In this document: positions 41,111 through 55,119 of the stretch, in pieces | Numbering within the stretch: position 1 is the first letter of the stretch | Layout: each line of letters starts with the position of its first letter | Source: Harriotta raleighana | Taxonomy: Eukaryota | Direction: 5' to 3' | Length of the DNA stretch: 64,000 nt | Assembly (NCBI GenBank): GCA_050575255.1 | Contig: JBNZDD010013717.1 | Location: forward strand, 1,609,245-1,673,244 | Notes under the pieces: generated by a model | Told to the model about the DNA's origin: nothing | Database searches by the model: none | What the model saw: only the letters and a program-made list of their open reading frames with translations | Program-made: the position numbers and the translations under genes

Positions 41111-43614
41111 GTAAATCAACATTCCCTGGTGCTGTCATCCTTAAATTGTTTTATTGCAATCCCATTGGCTAGGATGAAAAGGAAACATGCTGAAATACAG
41201 TGGTTGAGGTAGATTTTTTTAATGGGAGATTATTAACCAATAAGTGTTTTCTTACTTTTGACCCGTGTCTCCTTCAATGTGTCTCCACAACTTAATGTGA
41301 GTGACTTGATCCTGTGAAGTGTTTTGTTATGTTGTCTTGAAATGAATAATAATATTATTATTAATGCATATAATCTTCTGAGCAATGATTCTCTGGTGCT
41401 ACATGATTTGTTCCAACTTAGTATGCAACAAAGTACTGCACTTAAGTTCGGAAATAAATCCTTTATCTGCCATTGAAGGTTTTAAAAGAAAATGGTTATG
41501 TTCACTCATAAACTTATTATTCAAAACTTTGGATTTGATTTGAAGAATATGAATGGGGGTGGGGTGGTTGTCATAATTCAGATGCATTCTTTTGATTCTA
41601 GCTTGTTTATATGGAGTACCTTTACATGCACTGGTATGGAGCAGAACCAGAAACCACAGACCCTTATAAAGAACATTTATGAATATGGAATTACAGGCTA
41701 TGTTGCAACCCTGAAAGACATTCCTATGTACTGCCACATCATCGGAACATCAAAACACATTGATAAGTCTGAGCAGAACAGGATGTAACTGAAAGTCTGG
41801 TTGTAAGATAGGATCTGCCTGTGGAAGGTGTGTGAGCACATAGTAACTGATAGTGTGAGATACAGATTATCAATGTACTCTGATGCAATGTCATAATAGA
41901 AGCTTACCAACTTTTAACTTTGTAATTTCATAACCACAATATTATTGTAAAATCAAAATTGAAAGATGCCAAACTTTAGTTAAAGTAACACAGTCAACAT
42001 AAATTCAATCAGAAATGTGATTCATTAAGTTGATGGTCACTGATCCAAAGAGTTTTATACTGACCCTTGACAGTGTTTCTGCTTATTAGAAATGCCTGTT
42101 TCAAGCAGTCAGTCTGATCGATTGGCAGAGAGCTTATTTATCAAACCCCGATGGAGTCAAATTGGCACAAAGTCCTATCTTGTGGTTTTGGTGCCTATCC
42201 AATTAGTTTTGACAAAGTGCAACCATAGAGTGAGGCTGGAGTCTCCTTTGCCTCTGTGATTCCTATCTCTGGGTAAATAGGGACTTGTAATGGGCCACTG
42301 TCTGTTAGTATCTAAACTGAACAAGGTTCTCCTGCAAACCCAGTACCTTTCCATAGGTTACTATGGAAGTTCACCCAGAATAACCTGTCCAAAATCACTC
42401 AGTAACATAATTGAGACTTAATAAAACTCAATTGCATTTTGTATAAATTGACATTTTAAAACAAATCCTTTAAATTTTATATCCTCTCGCTCTTCCTTCT
42501 ATAAGCAGTGACATCTGTCAGGATATGGATCCATCAGAACTGTCAAGCTTTTGGTGGTGGTGGCCAAGTGACTTCTCTTTCCTGTGAGCCACACTCTAAA
42601 TATTAGTAGGCTATAACTTTATGAGGGTATTGCAGCCAAGCCTGCTTCTGATTTTTCTTGATTTCCATATATCTCTCAAGAAGACCATTCAGCCTGTGCT
42701 GGGCTCTGTTAAAGAATAATCTATTCAAACTCATTTACTTGCCCTTTCCCATACCCCTGTAGTTTACCTCTAATGGGGGAGATATGACCAATTACTTCAC
42801 TGCATTTTGTTTCAACAAACACGATTGCATTATTTCTACTTCAATATTTGTTAATGTATTTATCTGCGCAGTAAAAGCTATTTGAGCCAGTGGCCTTGTT
42901 TACAAAATGTGTCTCTCACCAGATGGGCTGCTACTAACTGATAACAGTAAGTTATTGACTGATTGTCACCTCCATATTATTGAATTTGTGTTTGCAGCTT
43001 ACAGAAACAATTATTTTCTCTGGTAATGCTGTGGTGTTGGCAAAATTTTGACTTCCCAGCATTCTGTGCTTGAATTTATATTTGCAGCATGCACCGCTGC
43101 ATATCACGGTGACAAAATTGGATGAAATAAACCTTTCCTTGGCAACTGTCTGTGTTCACTGATGTGTGTCGGCATCCAGAGACTGTATGTCAAAAGGAAA
43201 CGCAATAAAGGATAGAATACTGGGGCAGGCTATGGGGCAGGCATCCTCCCTGACTGCTGAAATACTTGCATGTCTTCACGACATTACACTTAACGCTTTA
43301 CAGCCTTAAACTTACTCCAGCAGCTGGCATGTGTGATAGGAATTGTAACTGCTGACTATTGAGGGAATATATTTTGCTTATCTTTAAAGTGGAGAAAATT
43401 AGAGGAAGCCACATGTGCCTGCCCTTGGCCTCTGCCTTAATTAGTAACAGAAATATGTTGAATTAGTCTATGTCTGTCAACAAACTACCAGGAATTTTCT
43501 ACTTGTATTTTTACTTCATTGTAATACAGTATCATATTGGTAATGAGACTTAATATTGTAGAGATAATGAAATATATAGAACATGTAAAGCATTGCTGCA
43601 TTTAATAATCCAAA

Positions 43615-43945
43615 ATATTTTAATTGATAATGTGGACGTAACTGGTCTGTTTCCACTTATCAGTGAATACAATTCAGGGGGCATGAATATAAGATTGCCA
43701 AACCACTTATAAATGGGAGTTTAGGAGGAAATTCCTTAAGCAGAGGATGATGAGAATGTGGAATTCACTGTCATAAACTGTGGTCAAAGCAGAAAGCATC
43801 AACATATTTCAGACAAAGCTTGACATGCAAGGATGAGGGAGAAAGGAATGAAAGGGTTTAGGAGAGGAAATCAAGGCGGAATGGAGACTCATATGGAGTA
43901 TAAACACTGGCATAGATCAGTTGGGCCAAATTGTCTGTTTTATGT
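43615..43945 (+). mobile_element. CR1 LINE 3' end
   Basis: ggggcatgaatataagatt...cagaggatgatgagaatgtggaattcactg (GH..K...QRVV..WNSL-like), with the tail ttgggccaaattgtctgttt. Confidence 0.7.
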
Positions 43946-46900
43946 AACTCTGCCTAATTTAAACATACAGTATTAAGGAGGAGCTTTTAAATGAATTATG
44001 GTTTAAATCCTCGGCTTGATTAACCACAACAATTGCATATATATAACACTATTCATGTCAGGAGGATGTCCTAAGGCTCTGGATAATGAGGTGTTTGCAC
44101 CTGAGATGCACATTGGGATCGGGTAAGGATTGGTTAAGCATTTTGTGTGTGAGAGATTGATAAAGAAAAAGGCACATACTCTCACCTGTATTGTGACCAA
44201 CACAGGGACACACCCACTGATTAACTGACAGAGAAACTAACACATTCCCAGCTTTGGACACATGATACTAATCACATTTCCACACTACAGGTCTGCTAGG
44301 GAATCACATTCAAACTCAATGCTGGATTGATCATCAAATCCAATCAATTTGAGAGACTGGGGTAATTTTGGGTTGTTCAATAACTATAATAAGGAATGTG
44401 AAATTTTTACAATGTAATTTTTCCACCCACAGCATCTGCATAGTCCAAATCTAGTCTATTTTTGGTTCTGACAAGTGTCATTTCAACTCTGTAGAAACTA
44501 ATCTCAATTACCTTGCCCCACCCTACTTCTTTAGCCTCCTGTGTCCAAAATGGCAGTTCAATACATCTGAGTAAGTAACTACTCAATCCTTCAGGGATTT
44601 CTAATTGTAAAGTAATACAATAATAATCCTTGCAATTTGACATAGCACCTTTCATGCCAGTAGCACATCTCAAAGCACTTCACAGGATTTACTGTAAAGT
44701 CTAGTGACTGTGCATTTTGGAGCTAAACATTACAGTCAATTTGCCCACCGTTTGCATTAACCCCTGCCCTCCCCTACCTGTAATATAAACTGAGGTGAGC
44801 TATCAGTGTACTACCAAGTAGATTCTTGCATTAAAAAACTTACTTTAAGCCTGAGGTAGAACAGGATGAAATCTTCAGAGAACTGGCCTTTTACATTTTC
44901 TCCGGTTATTTTGCAGTAGTTTCCATGATGTTTCTAATAACAATTATAAATTATTTATTTCTCTCTGCAATCATTCCTGGTATAATTTTTGTGGGTCTTG
45001 TTATTTATTAACAATAATCATCCTGACTTATTGCATGAAAAAGCCATTTTGTGAGAGATAAACACTAAATAAGTGTTTTCAGACAAGGGTCAATTCAAAA
45101 ATGATGGCTGTGAATGACTGGACTGAATCTTGAAAAGGAGAAAATGGTTCCAGATGAATTTGGCTGAATCTAGCCTCCAGCTATTTCAGAGCAACAGAGC
45201 TTGGATGAATATGTTACCTGACCCACTTTGGTGCACATTCCTAACATATAAAACAACTATGAAACTATTCAATCCCAATCAGATCATCATGTGGCATGAC
45301 TTAAGTATCTGACATTCAATATGGCAAATATTTGACATTCAGTTGTGACAGCAACGCATGCAATTGTATGCTGCTAATATACATTCACCACCAGACATGC
45401 GCTCCTGCTATGATAGGTCTCAAATCATGTAACATTGGGAAATCCATAGACATTGTAAAGTCTGTTAAATAGTAGCCCTTTTCATCTCTAGTATCTGAAT
45501 TTAACTTCAGAATTGAAGGCTCTTCTGTCTGACGAGTGTTAATTAATGAGCCGATAGCCTGAACTGTGCATTGAATTGCCCATCTTATTGAAGTCATAAG
45601 GAAAAGGACTAATAAAAATAACAATAGTCCTTGCATTTGCTTTAGGGCCTTATCACGTCTTTGCGACATCTCAAAGCGCTTCAGAGAGCATTACTATAAT
45701 GTGGATTGGCTGTGTGTTTTTGGGGTGAAAAGCAGCAGCTAGTTGTGCATAGCANAAGCAGCAGCTAGTTGTGTCCCTCAAACAATGTCCTGCTAACTAT
45801 ATAGGCTGCTTGGTCTGTCACCAGTAACGCCTTGTTTCAGGAGATCGCTGTGAAGGGTTGACACGATCCTGACACTCCATTGTCAAGCAGTCTCCACGGA
45901 ACTAGTTCAGCAGTTAAGTTGTAACAGCAGTGTCTCACACATAACCATCAAGTGAAGGGCTATTTTAATCTGGTGTTGTGTTGGCCAGGATACAAGGAGA
46001 AACTCTATTCTCTTTTTGAATAGTGCAATGCTATTTTTAAAATCCAGCACAGCACCCTGAGACATCCTTAGCTTAATACATGATCTTGAGTATGGCATGT
46101 CCAACAATTTGGTGCTTCCCCCAGCACTAGATGGCCAGTCTGGACAATGATTTCAAAGTTCAAATTCCTGAAATGGGCCACAAACTTCTGATTGAAAAGT
46201 ATGCTGCCAAATTAGCCTCATTGACACACTGAGCACTTAATACAAAAAGTCACCACCAACAAAACCACCACAGGTGCTAGGTGTCATTGGAGTTGTAACA
46301 ATGTGCATATATGTTTTTTTTTCCACAAGGCTAATTTGCAAAATGATCAGATCATCTTCATTTCTTTGAAAAACACAAATTAGCCACAGGGACCAGGAAT
46401 TAACCTTTCACCCCACATTGATCAGACAGGAGACAGATATTCCCCAAGAGTTAAAAACGCAATGAATATCAACTTGCTGCTCAGTTGCACAGCACCGTTA
46501 CACTCTCACCACATACTATCAATCTGACATTTTAACTGAGCAGTTTGGATCTCTTATCAGCCTTCGAGCTAGGCCAGCCTGTGATTCTGTCTCCTGTTCT
46601 ACACAGATCAGTAAAGGCAAAGGCCATACCTCTTTTGATCCCAGTCTGACAGGATTATTGAGAAACCTCAAGTACCACTGTTGGCATATTTGCCATTCAT
46701 CTCACAGACTTCCACTGGTTTAGATCAAAGAGGATTTTCATGTCAAGAGGATTGCACACTGGTTGTAATGTAATATTATGCTCATTACATGTGAATTCTC
46801 TTAATAATTTTAAGAGATAATCTTAAAATATCTTAACAATTTTAATTCTATTATTACACACATCTATTTTTACATCATTTCTGTATGAAATGCAAGGATT

Positions 46901-46989
46901 ATTATTACGCAGTGCACAAAATGTGGACTATTTCCTAAAGTCATTTTTTTCATCACTGATTGATGGGAATTTTCTGTTCAACAAAAGAT

Positions 46990-47460
46990 AAGTGGTTTGA
47001 CTTATGAGCAAAGCCTGGAAAAGCTGAGCCTATCTTCATAGAGACATGGAAAGCTGAAGGGGAGACCTGATAGAGGTCTGTGAAATCCTGAAGGGTTTTG
47101 ATAAACAGAAATGATTTTCTTAGGTTCATGAATCAATGATTTGAGGGCATTCATTTAAAACAATTAGCAAAAAAGCATAGAGGGAGAATAGGAGGAGTTA
47201 TTTCAGAGTTCATCTTATACAGTATGTCCTATGAAGCACATTGAGACTTCTTCCTGACTTGAAAAGTACAAATGTAAGGATTATTATCAATTATTAAAAA
47301 TTAGGATATGGAATGGTCAAGACAGAATTCATATGTTTTCAAGAGGAAACTCGATATACATCTAAAAATCAGTCATTTGAAGGGGTATGAGGGAAAAGCA
47401 GATATATTGAATATGAATTCCAGGTGTAAGCACAGATCAACTGTCCTTCTCAGCACAGTC
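46990..47460 (+). mobile_element. CR1 LINE 3' region
   Basis: ttatgagcaaagcctggaaaagctg...ggagacctgatagaggtctgtgaaatcctgaagggttttgat (YE..LEKL...GDLIEV..ILKGFD). Confidence 0.7.
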
Positions 47461-47617
47461 AATTTAATTGCTTTACTTTATGAGGATAAATGCATTTCTA
47501 TGGCTCTAAATTTCAATAGGTTTTAGCATATGTTTGCATCAAATTCAGGATTGTTGATGTTGTTACAGTAGAGCTCTTAAATTTTACACAATGACAATTA
47601 AATATATATATGAAAAA

Positions 47618-47896
47618 TAGCGAGTGGGACTAGAACAGGTGGCTCATGCCTAAACTAATTTCACATTGAAATTAAAACTAGAACTGAATGCTGATGAAGC
47701 GGTATAATGGAAAGCTTAAACTAATTTCCTTTTCAGATGCTGATCAACCTGCTGTGGGATTTTCAGCATTTATTTCAGAATTGCAACATTCACAGCTTTT
47801 CTAACCTTGCACTGGACTCTTGACAGCCCAAACTGAGACGCTTGTCCCATTAGTCTGGGCTACATTCAAACACGGTGGCAAAAGCCCATTGTGCTA
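47618..47896 (+). repeat. Direct repeat copy 1 (~278 bp), containing a Penelope terminal-repeat / hammerhead-like core
   Basis: Colinear with 50760-51037. CTGATGA at 47691 and GAAAGCTT at 47710. Confidence 0.85.
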
Positions 47897-50049
47897 ACTT
47901 ACTGCAGCATTTGTTTTCATTATTTTTAGAATAACACTAATGGTGACAGTTCCCATGGTGATAATATTTGGCCACAAGTTATATTTCTTCAGCTGCATGG
48001 ATGGTACTATTGTGAGGATAGAACCTGGTGCACAATATTGTAGAGACCAGGGCAGGGGACAGACATTTCTTATTCAATCACTTTAGTACAAATCTCGATA
48101 TGAGCCAACAAGAAAGAAATGGCAAATAAATCTACAACCAGAGTCACACTCAGGACTTTTACCTTCCAGAAATAAGAGTAAAACACTTCACACATTTAGC
48201 TTGTTAATGGATTATTAAAGGGCTTTTAAAAAAAGAACTGGCAGCACTGTATAGCCGAGAAGGTCCCTGTCAAGAGGATAACAACAAGACTATGAGGTGA
48301 GCAAGAAGAGCAGTGACGGCTGTCGTGCAGTATTGTTTGTGAACATATTGTAGGATTGTACCCATTTTCAGGTGTATTAACTGGAGAGGGCTTTGCCAGT
48401 GGGCAGGATGTAACAGAAGTGAGGTTTGCGCTCCTTGATCTCAGAATACATGACTGTTAACACTCTTTCTCTCTCCAAACAGTTGGATACCCTCCCACAC
48501 ACTGGCATCATAAAATAAAAGAATATTGGTGACTAAATCCTGCAGATAAAGATTATCTTGATTAATACTAATCCAACCTGTAGGTCTTTTATACAATTGT
48601 AATTTTGTTGTTGTCATTGTTCTGCAATCCTGTCATCTTGGCACTGGCAATAAGCAGGACTTTGGAAGGCTCAGGGTCACCTCAGGAACACCAGGAAAGG
48701 CTGTAAGTGAGATACTGTATACCACCGTGTGCACATAGATCTGCATAGATAGTCCATCTTTGGGATTACACTGACAGTGAATACCAACCAACAGGGTTAG
48801 TCAGTTGTCCTGAATTTAGTCATTAAACTAAAAAGGCATTAGATTTTCATGCTAATTTGCTGATTCTGGCATCCTTTTGCAATATTAATACCCAGTCTAT
48901 CTACATTCTGAATATATCCGAAATCCTCCTCAGCCACTGATGAAATAGGCATGACTGGTTTCACTCCTAAATCTTATGTATATAAAATTTATATTCTCTT
49001 TCCTTTAACATAACACACATTTTAATTCATTTTCAGTAGAGGAAACTAGTGACTTATCTATGGGGAATGTCACACATCAAATAGAAATTGAAGTGTTGAA
49101 CTCTTCAGACAAAGGAGTGAGGCAGATAGAATTAGCTTTCTTATTGTTGGACTTAATTCTTTCAGCTATTTGGGGCTACAATAAGTAACAAACATATAAG
49201 ATGTTATTTTGTCTCTTGTGAGCTTCACCTGTCACTGTCTGTTTATAGATTTTTAATTGTGGCTTGATATTTCTCTTTGCAAGAATCACTTGGTTGTTCT
49301 GAAGCAGTCAATCTTCATTTGGTTTCTCCTGTTATTTACCAGTTGAAACTAAATCATATCTGAAAATGCTGAGACCTTGACTCTTATTCCCAAAGTCTCT
49401 GATACCTTTCAGTTTCATTAGCAACAGTGACACAAGATTTAGAAACCAGTAAAAAAAACACGTTGGTATTGATGTTTTCTCTGAATGAAATAATCTTGTA
49501 CTCTATACAGTTCGCCAACTCAGCATACACCATGGAAACTTTGAAAACTGAGTTAAGCTCCTATTACCTGATTCAGTGCTGACATGCTGGGATCTGTGTG
49601 ATGGTATTGTTAGACCAATAACACAACAAACCAACTTTTGGACAAATATTATAAAATGTCAGTGAGTGAATATTCCACTATCAATTTTCGCTGGGATGTC
49701 TTTGGGAGCTAAATAAATACAGTAATTGGTAAATCCTTGCAGTTGGGATGATGTAAATAATATTGATATGTTTTAATGTGCTTCTAGGATAACTGTGGTA
49801 AAGTATAGTTACGGACTGCTTTACGTGGTGATTACTGAGTCAGACGATTTTGAGCTTAAGCCCTATATCGAGACTTTCAACTCAATCTAGGTTAACACAC
49901 TAATAGAGAGCTGGAAGGAGCAGTGAATTATCTAAGATTCCTGTCTTTGGATAAAAGATTAAATGGAGGTCCCAACTGGCTGTTGTGATAGTTGTTAATG
50001 GACCTATGGTGTAACATGAAAACAGAAAGGAATTTATCCTTGTGTCATC

Positions 50050-50500
50050 GGAACATAGGAACAGGAGTAAGTCATTTAGCCCTTTGAGTCTGTTCCTCCA
50101 TTCAATTAGATCATCGCTAATCTGTGCCTCAACTAATTCTTTGAATTCCAATTTTTCCCGCTTTCTCCCGTATCCCTACCAAAAATCTATCAACCTCACT
50201 TTTGAAGTTGTGGATGGATCCAGCATCCACCACCTTTTGGGGGAGAGAATTTCAGATAACTACCACCCTGGGGTATGACTAACACTATCGACAGCTGAAG
50301 CATCATTTCTTCTACTTTGTATTACAGGTCCCTTGAGATAAAGGCCTTTTTGATTACTTTTTGTATCAGGGAACTAATTTTTTGTGATTTGTGCATATGG
50401 ACATCCACATATCTTTGCTCCACCCACAGTTTTTAATTTCTCCCCATTAAGAAAATATTCAGTTTCATCTTTTTTGGTCCATAGTGGATCTCCTGACCAA
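50050..50500 (-). mobile_element. CR1 (HER1-like) 3' end and an adjacent fragment
   Basis: cataggaacaggagtaagtcatttagccctttgagtctgttcctccattcaattagatcatcgctaatct matches the recalled shark CR1/HER1-type tail. Confidence 0.65.
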
Positions 50501-50759
50501 CAATCCCACAAAATGAATTGATTCTTCACTTCCTGGGTGACTGTGGTGGGACATTGTTGAGTGAAAACTGGCTGCCATGCATGCCTACAAATGCAGTCAC
50601 TACACCTCACAGTCAATCCTGTTAAGAGCTTTGAGATATCCTATATCAAATGCATGGATTATTGCTACTTTATTTGTAGGTGAACTCAACAGCTACTTGC
50701 CCACATGCAGTCATGAAGCAAATAACCACTGTTTGTGACATTTTTTTAGCGAGAATTGT

Positions 50760-51037
50760 TAGCGAGTGGGACTAGATCAGGTACCTTATGCCCAAACTAA
50801 TTTCACATCGAAATTAAAACTAGAACTGAATGCTGATGAAGCGGTATAATGGAAAGCTTAAACTAATTTCCTTTTCTGATGCTGATCAACCCGCTGTGAA
50901 TTTTCAGCATTTATTTCAGAATTGCAACATTTACAGCTTTTCTAACCTTGCACTGGACTCTGACAGCCCAAACTGACATGTTTCTCCCATTAATCTGGGC
51001 TATATTCAAACATGGTGGCAAAGGGCCCATTATGCTA
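50760..51037 (+). repeat. Direct repeat copy 2 (~278 bp)
   Basis: Colinear with 47618-47896. CTGATGA at 50833 and GAAAGCTT at 50852. Confidence 0.85.
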
Positions 51038-51904
51038 CCAGAGGAATTTTTTTTCCTTCACTTTAATGTCCACTTGAACAAATGGTACTGATTTCCCCCA
51101 GGTTGATAGTCTTATGCAGTATATTGTTTACAGGGCCCAACTCAGCACAAATATTTTATCTAAAGAGAAGCACTTCTGACAATGCACAAAGTGTGAGCTG
51201 AGACTGCGAGTTCCAAGTCCTGATACTGGACTTGAAATTTAATGATGAGATGTTAAACTGAGGTCCCAACTCTAACCAGGAGGCATTAAAGTCGTGGCAT
51301 TAATATTCACAGTGGAGCTTTTATGGAAGTTCTGGCATTGTGCTGATATGATAGGTGAGTGATCATTAAAAAGTTGCAAAATGGGCTTCACATTTGTTTT
51401 CATCATCCTGTAGAGATGCACCCTAGCAAAAGTGACATTACCTTAGAGGTAATTGATTGCAAAGTGAATCAGAGACAATAGCCATCAGAAACATCTGACA
51501 GTTGCAAGTTAAGATAAATGAATTACTGTTGTAAAAGCTGTTGATCTTAAAAAAAATGTTTAGCGCTGCTCAAGCTGCCTTTGATATAAAGTTGCTGCAA
51601 ACTAGGATAGATTACTTGAAACCCAAATCGTTCATCATTTTGTGGGAGAAATAGGGCTCTTAGATTACTGACAGAACAATGACAATTCTCAACAAAATAG
51701 CTTGTTTATTTGAATGAACAACTTTCTCCTGTGGTAACTGAATCTTGCTCCACTATGGTGGTGTGTAGCTTGTTTGTGCTTGATATATTTTATCACCACA
51801 TTCCACAGATCCCCAGAGAATATACATACTTCCCCAAGTACCCACAGAGGCTAGAGAAAGAGGAGACAATAAATAGATAATCCACCATTTGTTGTCTGTT
51901 TTTA

Positions 51905-52105
51905 TGCCTTTTTGTATTCCTTTGCTTGGTTTGCAAGAACAAAACTTTTTTTTTGTTTTGTAAACCCTGCAAAATAAACTATTATGTGATATCAGCTGAG
52001 GAAAANATGCCTTTTTGTATTCCTTTGCTTGGTTTGCAAGAACAAAACTTTTTTTTGTTTTGTAAACCCTGCAAAATAAACTATTATGTGATATCAGCTG
52101 AGGAA
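51905..52105. repeat. ~100-bp tandem duplication joined by a single N (52006)
   Basis: atgcctttttgtattcc...cagctgaggaaa occurs twice. Confidence 0.85.
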
Positions 52106-52869
52106 AGAATGTGAATTAATCTTACTGAGAATCTCTGTTAGATATATATACATAAAATGTGAAATGCTTGTGGTTGATGGTAGAGTCAGCAGCGAATAAA
52201 TAAAGCAAGGAAACAAGGGTCACGTACTGGGTTAGACGTTTGTCAGAGTATAATTTTTTTTAAATTTGAACCATATGTAATAAGTGGGCAAGGGAAAGAA
52301 GATTGTACCTTGGAGAAAACAGAAAATTGCGTATGGTTTACTGAAACAATAAAGTAAGTTATGTATATCTCATATGCAAACGTACCATATCCTGTTTTGT
52401 CTCATAACTACACTTGGGTAGGGGTGGGGGGTGGGAAGGTTGTGCTGGGTGTGGGTTAGTGAGGAAATACTGATATCACTGGTGAGAATATACTTTCACT
52501 TACCTCAAAATCCTCCACAATTTAAAAAAAATTCTTCCAATGTGTTTTGTGGATGAACATAGTAGCCAGGTTGCCCACAATAATGTGTCACAAAATGCCA
52601 GTAAATGAATAACGAAGTTTATTTAAGGGAAGCATTGACCAGGATACTCCATTACCCTCTGATCATACTTATGGTCACCTCCCCTTCCCCCTGACTCAGC
52701 CTCAGGCTATTTTTAAGAACTCTGAGATGCTACCCCATGTGAAAAACACTATATAAATTCAAGTTATGGTTGTTATTCTTATATTTTCATTACAGTGAAG
52801 CTTCCATAGGCTGGTGTGATGTACTTTCAGTTATTCGTCTACAGTTTCCACGCAAGATGATTTACATTG

Positions 52870-53107
52870 TCTGTCTGGTCGTTCTTTCAGCCACTATGCC
52901 CCCAAACTCTGGAACTCCCTCCTTCAATCCCTTCACCTCACCCCTTCCTTTTCCATCTCCAAATCGCACCTGAAGACATTTCTGTTCGATCGTGCCTACG
53001 ATCACCTTCCTCCTCCCCCTGGCTCAGCTCCGGACTCCGCTATTGTGAAGCTCTCTGAGATGTTGCTTGACATCGAGAGCGCAATATAAATGCAAGCTGT
53101 TGTTGTT
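52870..53107 (+). mobile_element. L2 LINE 3' end (tail type A)
   Basis: ctttcagccactatgcccccaaactctggaactccctcc...ctattgtgaagctctctgaga...atataaatgcaagctgttgttgtt. Confidence 0.8.
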
Positions 53108-54291
53108 CTTATTGATGTTGTAGTGAATTATTGCCAAACATTTGGGGCCATGTGCATTATTTTTGAAGCAAGTTTTTAAATGTACTTCTCTAATGTGATT
53201 TAGAATTTTTCCTTATTCATTTCCCTCTTTTCAGCTCCTCCCCACCCCACCCCCCCCATCACCCCCATCCCTCACCAAACTCCGATTCCGATTCTGTTCC
53301 TACTATTAACAAACCAATGTAACTCATTGAAGAGGAAACTACATTTGTTTTGCTTTCTCGATTACACATCACATGGTGTATCTTTCAATGGATGGGTGCT
53401 CCTCTATCTGTCTGTAAAATGCTCTGAGTTGCTACCTTGCATGAGGGACTCTATATTAATGCAAGTTGTTGTTGTTGTCTGTTTGGCATTCCATCTTTCA
53501 TTCTATGTGCTTCATTTCATGTTAAAAGTGACAACCAAATATTTTATTATTGCAAAATCTTTCATCCTTTTTTACATAAACCCACAACTTTTCCTCATCT
53601 TGTTCTCACTAAAATTGGCAGGATTCCATGGATTTTCCTGGAATGTCACATGAGTGATCCTTTATAGTGTCTGTGCATTTATGGTGCCTGTTTATTACTC
53701 CAGCATTCCTTAATAATCAGTTACAGTGGTGCCAGATTATTCTTACCACTGGATAATCAGATACGGACTTTCTGCATTCACGCCTCATTTCCTCTTTAGG
53801 TGCACATTAAATTAAATCATTCTGGAGAGGATCTATGAATTTTATCCAGGTCTAAGGCTTTGGTTTTAGTTTAGATTGAATCAATGCTACTAATTGATCT
53901 CATAATCAGAAGAAGACTACAAGCAGCCATCATACCTCACAGTTGCGGATACCAAGAAATCTATTCCCAATTCCAACCATCAGTGACTCCATGAATACTT
54001 TGGGTACACTACAGGCTTTATCTTATATTTTTCATTGGGTAGTATAGTCTTAAAAGCCCAATTCATGGCTCAATTCTAAACATTAAATCCAAGTTGTCGT
54101 CTGCCTATTCACTTTAATATTAAATAATAATAATAAAAATAATCCTTATATTTGATATAGTGTCTTATCATGCAGTTGAGAATTCTAAAATCTTCCATAC
54201 TGTAAAGTGAATTGACTTTCTGGGCAAAACGCAGCAGTCAATTGTGCACAGCAGTGTTCCATAAATAGTCATGGAATGAGTGACCAAATTA

Positions 54292-55119
54292 CAGTAAAAC
54301 CTTGTTTAACCGTGACTCGAATAATTGGAAAACCCGTTCAACCTCCATCTCAAAAAAAAAAGTCCAGATTCGATTAACCGGCAGTTATCCGGTGACGCGT
54401 TTAATGTCAGGTCTAAACTCGTTCCGGGTCCTTTTTAAAGTAGCGTTTTTTTTATACCTCATTCGCATGAGTTGGAGCATGGGCTCTCTCTCCCCCAATC
54501 ACAGTCTCTCTCTCTCTCACACACTCTCTACCCCAATCACAGTCTCTCTCTCTCTCACACTCTCTCTCCCCCAATCACAGTCTCTCTCTCTCTCCCCCAA
54601 TCACAGTCACTCTCTCTCTCTCTGTTTCTCTCTCTTTCCCAATCACAGTCTCTCTCTCAGAGGCTGAGATAGGGGAAAGCATAATGGAGCAAGAGAGAGA
54701 ATGGCAAGCAGGTTGATGCAGAGAGAGAGAGAGAGGGAGGGAGAGGAAAGGGAGGGTGGGGTGAGGATTATGGACAAAATTTATATGATGGATTCAAACT
54801 GAATATCTTTGAGGGTCTGTGTGTGTGTTTATGTGTATCTGTGTGTGTGTGCTGGCCGTTAGGTCTAAACTCGTTGCTTTTTAAAGTCGCGTTTTGTTTT
54901 ACCTTCCGTTGAATCAGTGCTGCGATTGCGAAGTTAAGTATAAATAATAATGTACTAATAGAATATTCTGTTATTATTTAGTCTATTATTAATATGGTAT
55001 GTGTTAAAATAATTTTTAAAATATTTTTCAAAACATTTTTTAGAATCCGTTCAACTGGAAAAACGGTTTAACCGCCACTGGTCAGGTCCCATGAGTGCCA
55101 GATAAATGAGATTTTACTG
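54292..55119 (+). mobile_element. Complete Tigger/pogo-like MITE, subfamily B (828 bp)
   Basis: ta|cagtaaaaccttgtttaacc ... gataaatgagattttactg|ta. The ends match those of 4680-5464. Confidence 0.87.
54484..54660. repeat. Minisatellite (ct)n-ccccaatcacagt within the MITE
   Basis: Five copies of cccaatcacagt separated by variable CT/CA runs. Confidence 0.85.

Noticed and set aside
41492-41788. 98-aa ORF / possible exon 41602-41784
   Set aside because: Weak donor (gtaact) and no recognisable homology.
47688-47746. Duplicated box C/D snoRNA (TGATGA...CTGA)
   Set aside because: The C box lacks the purine, the terminal stem is weak, and the adjoining sequence fits a Penelope terminal repeat better.
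47618-51037. LTR retrotransposon bounded by the direct repeats
   Set aside because: No TG...CA ends, primer-binding site, polypurine tract, target-site duplication or gag/pol remnants; the interior contains unrelated old repeats.
54484-54660. CRISPR-like repeat-spacer pattern
   Set aside because: The spacers are CT microsatellite, the context is eukaryotic, and there are no cas genes.
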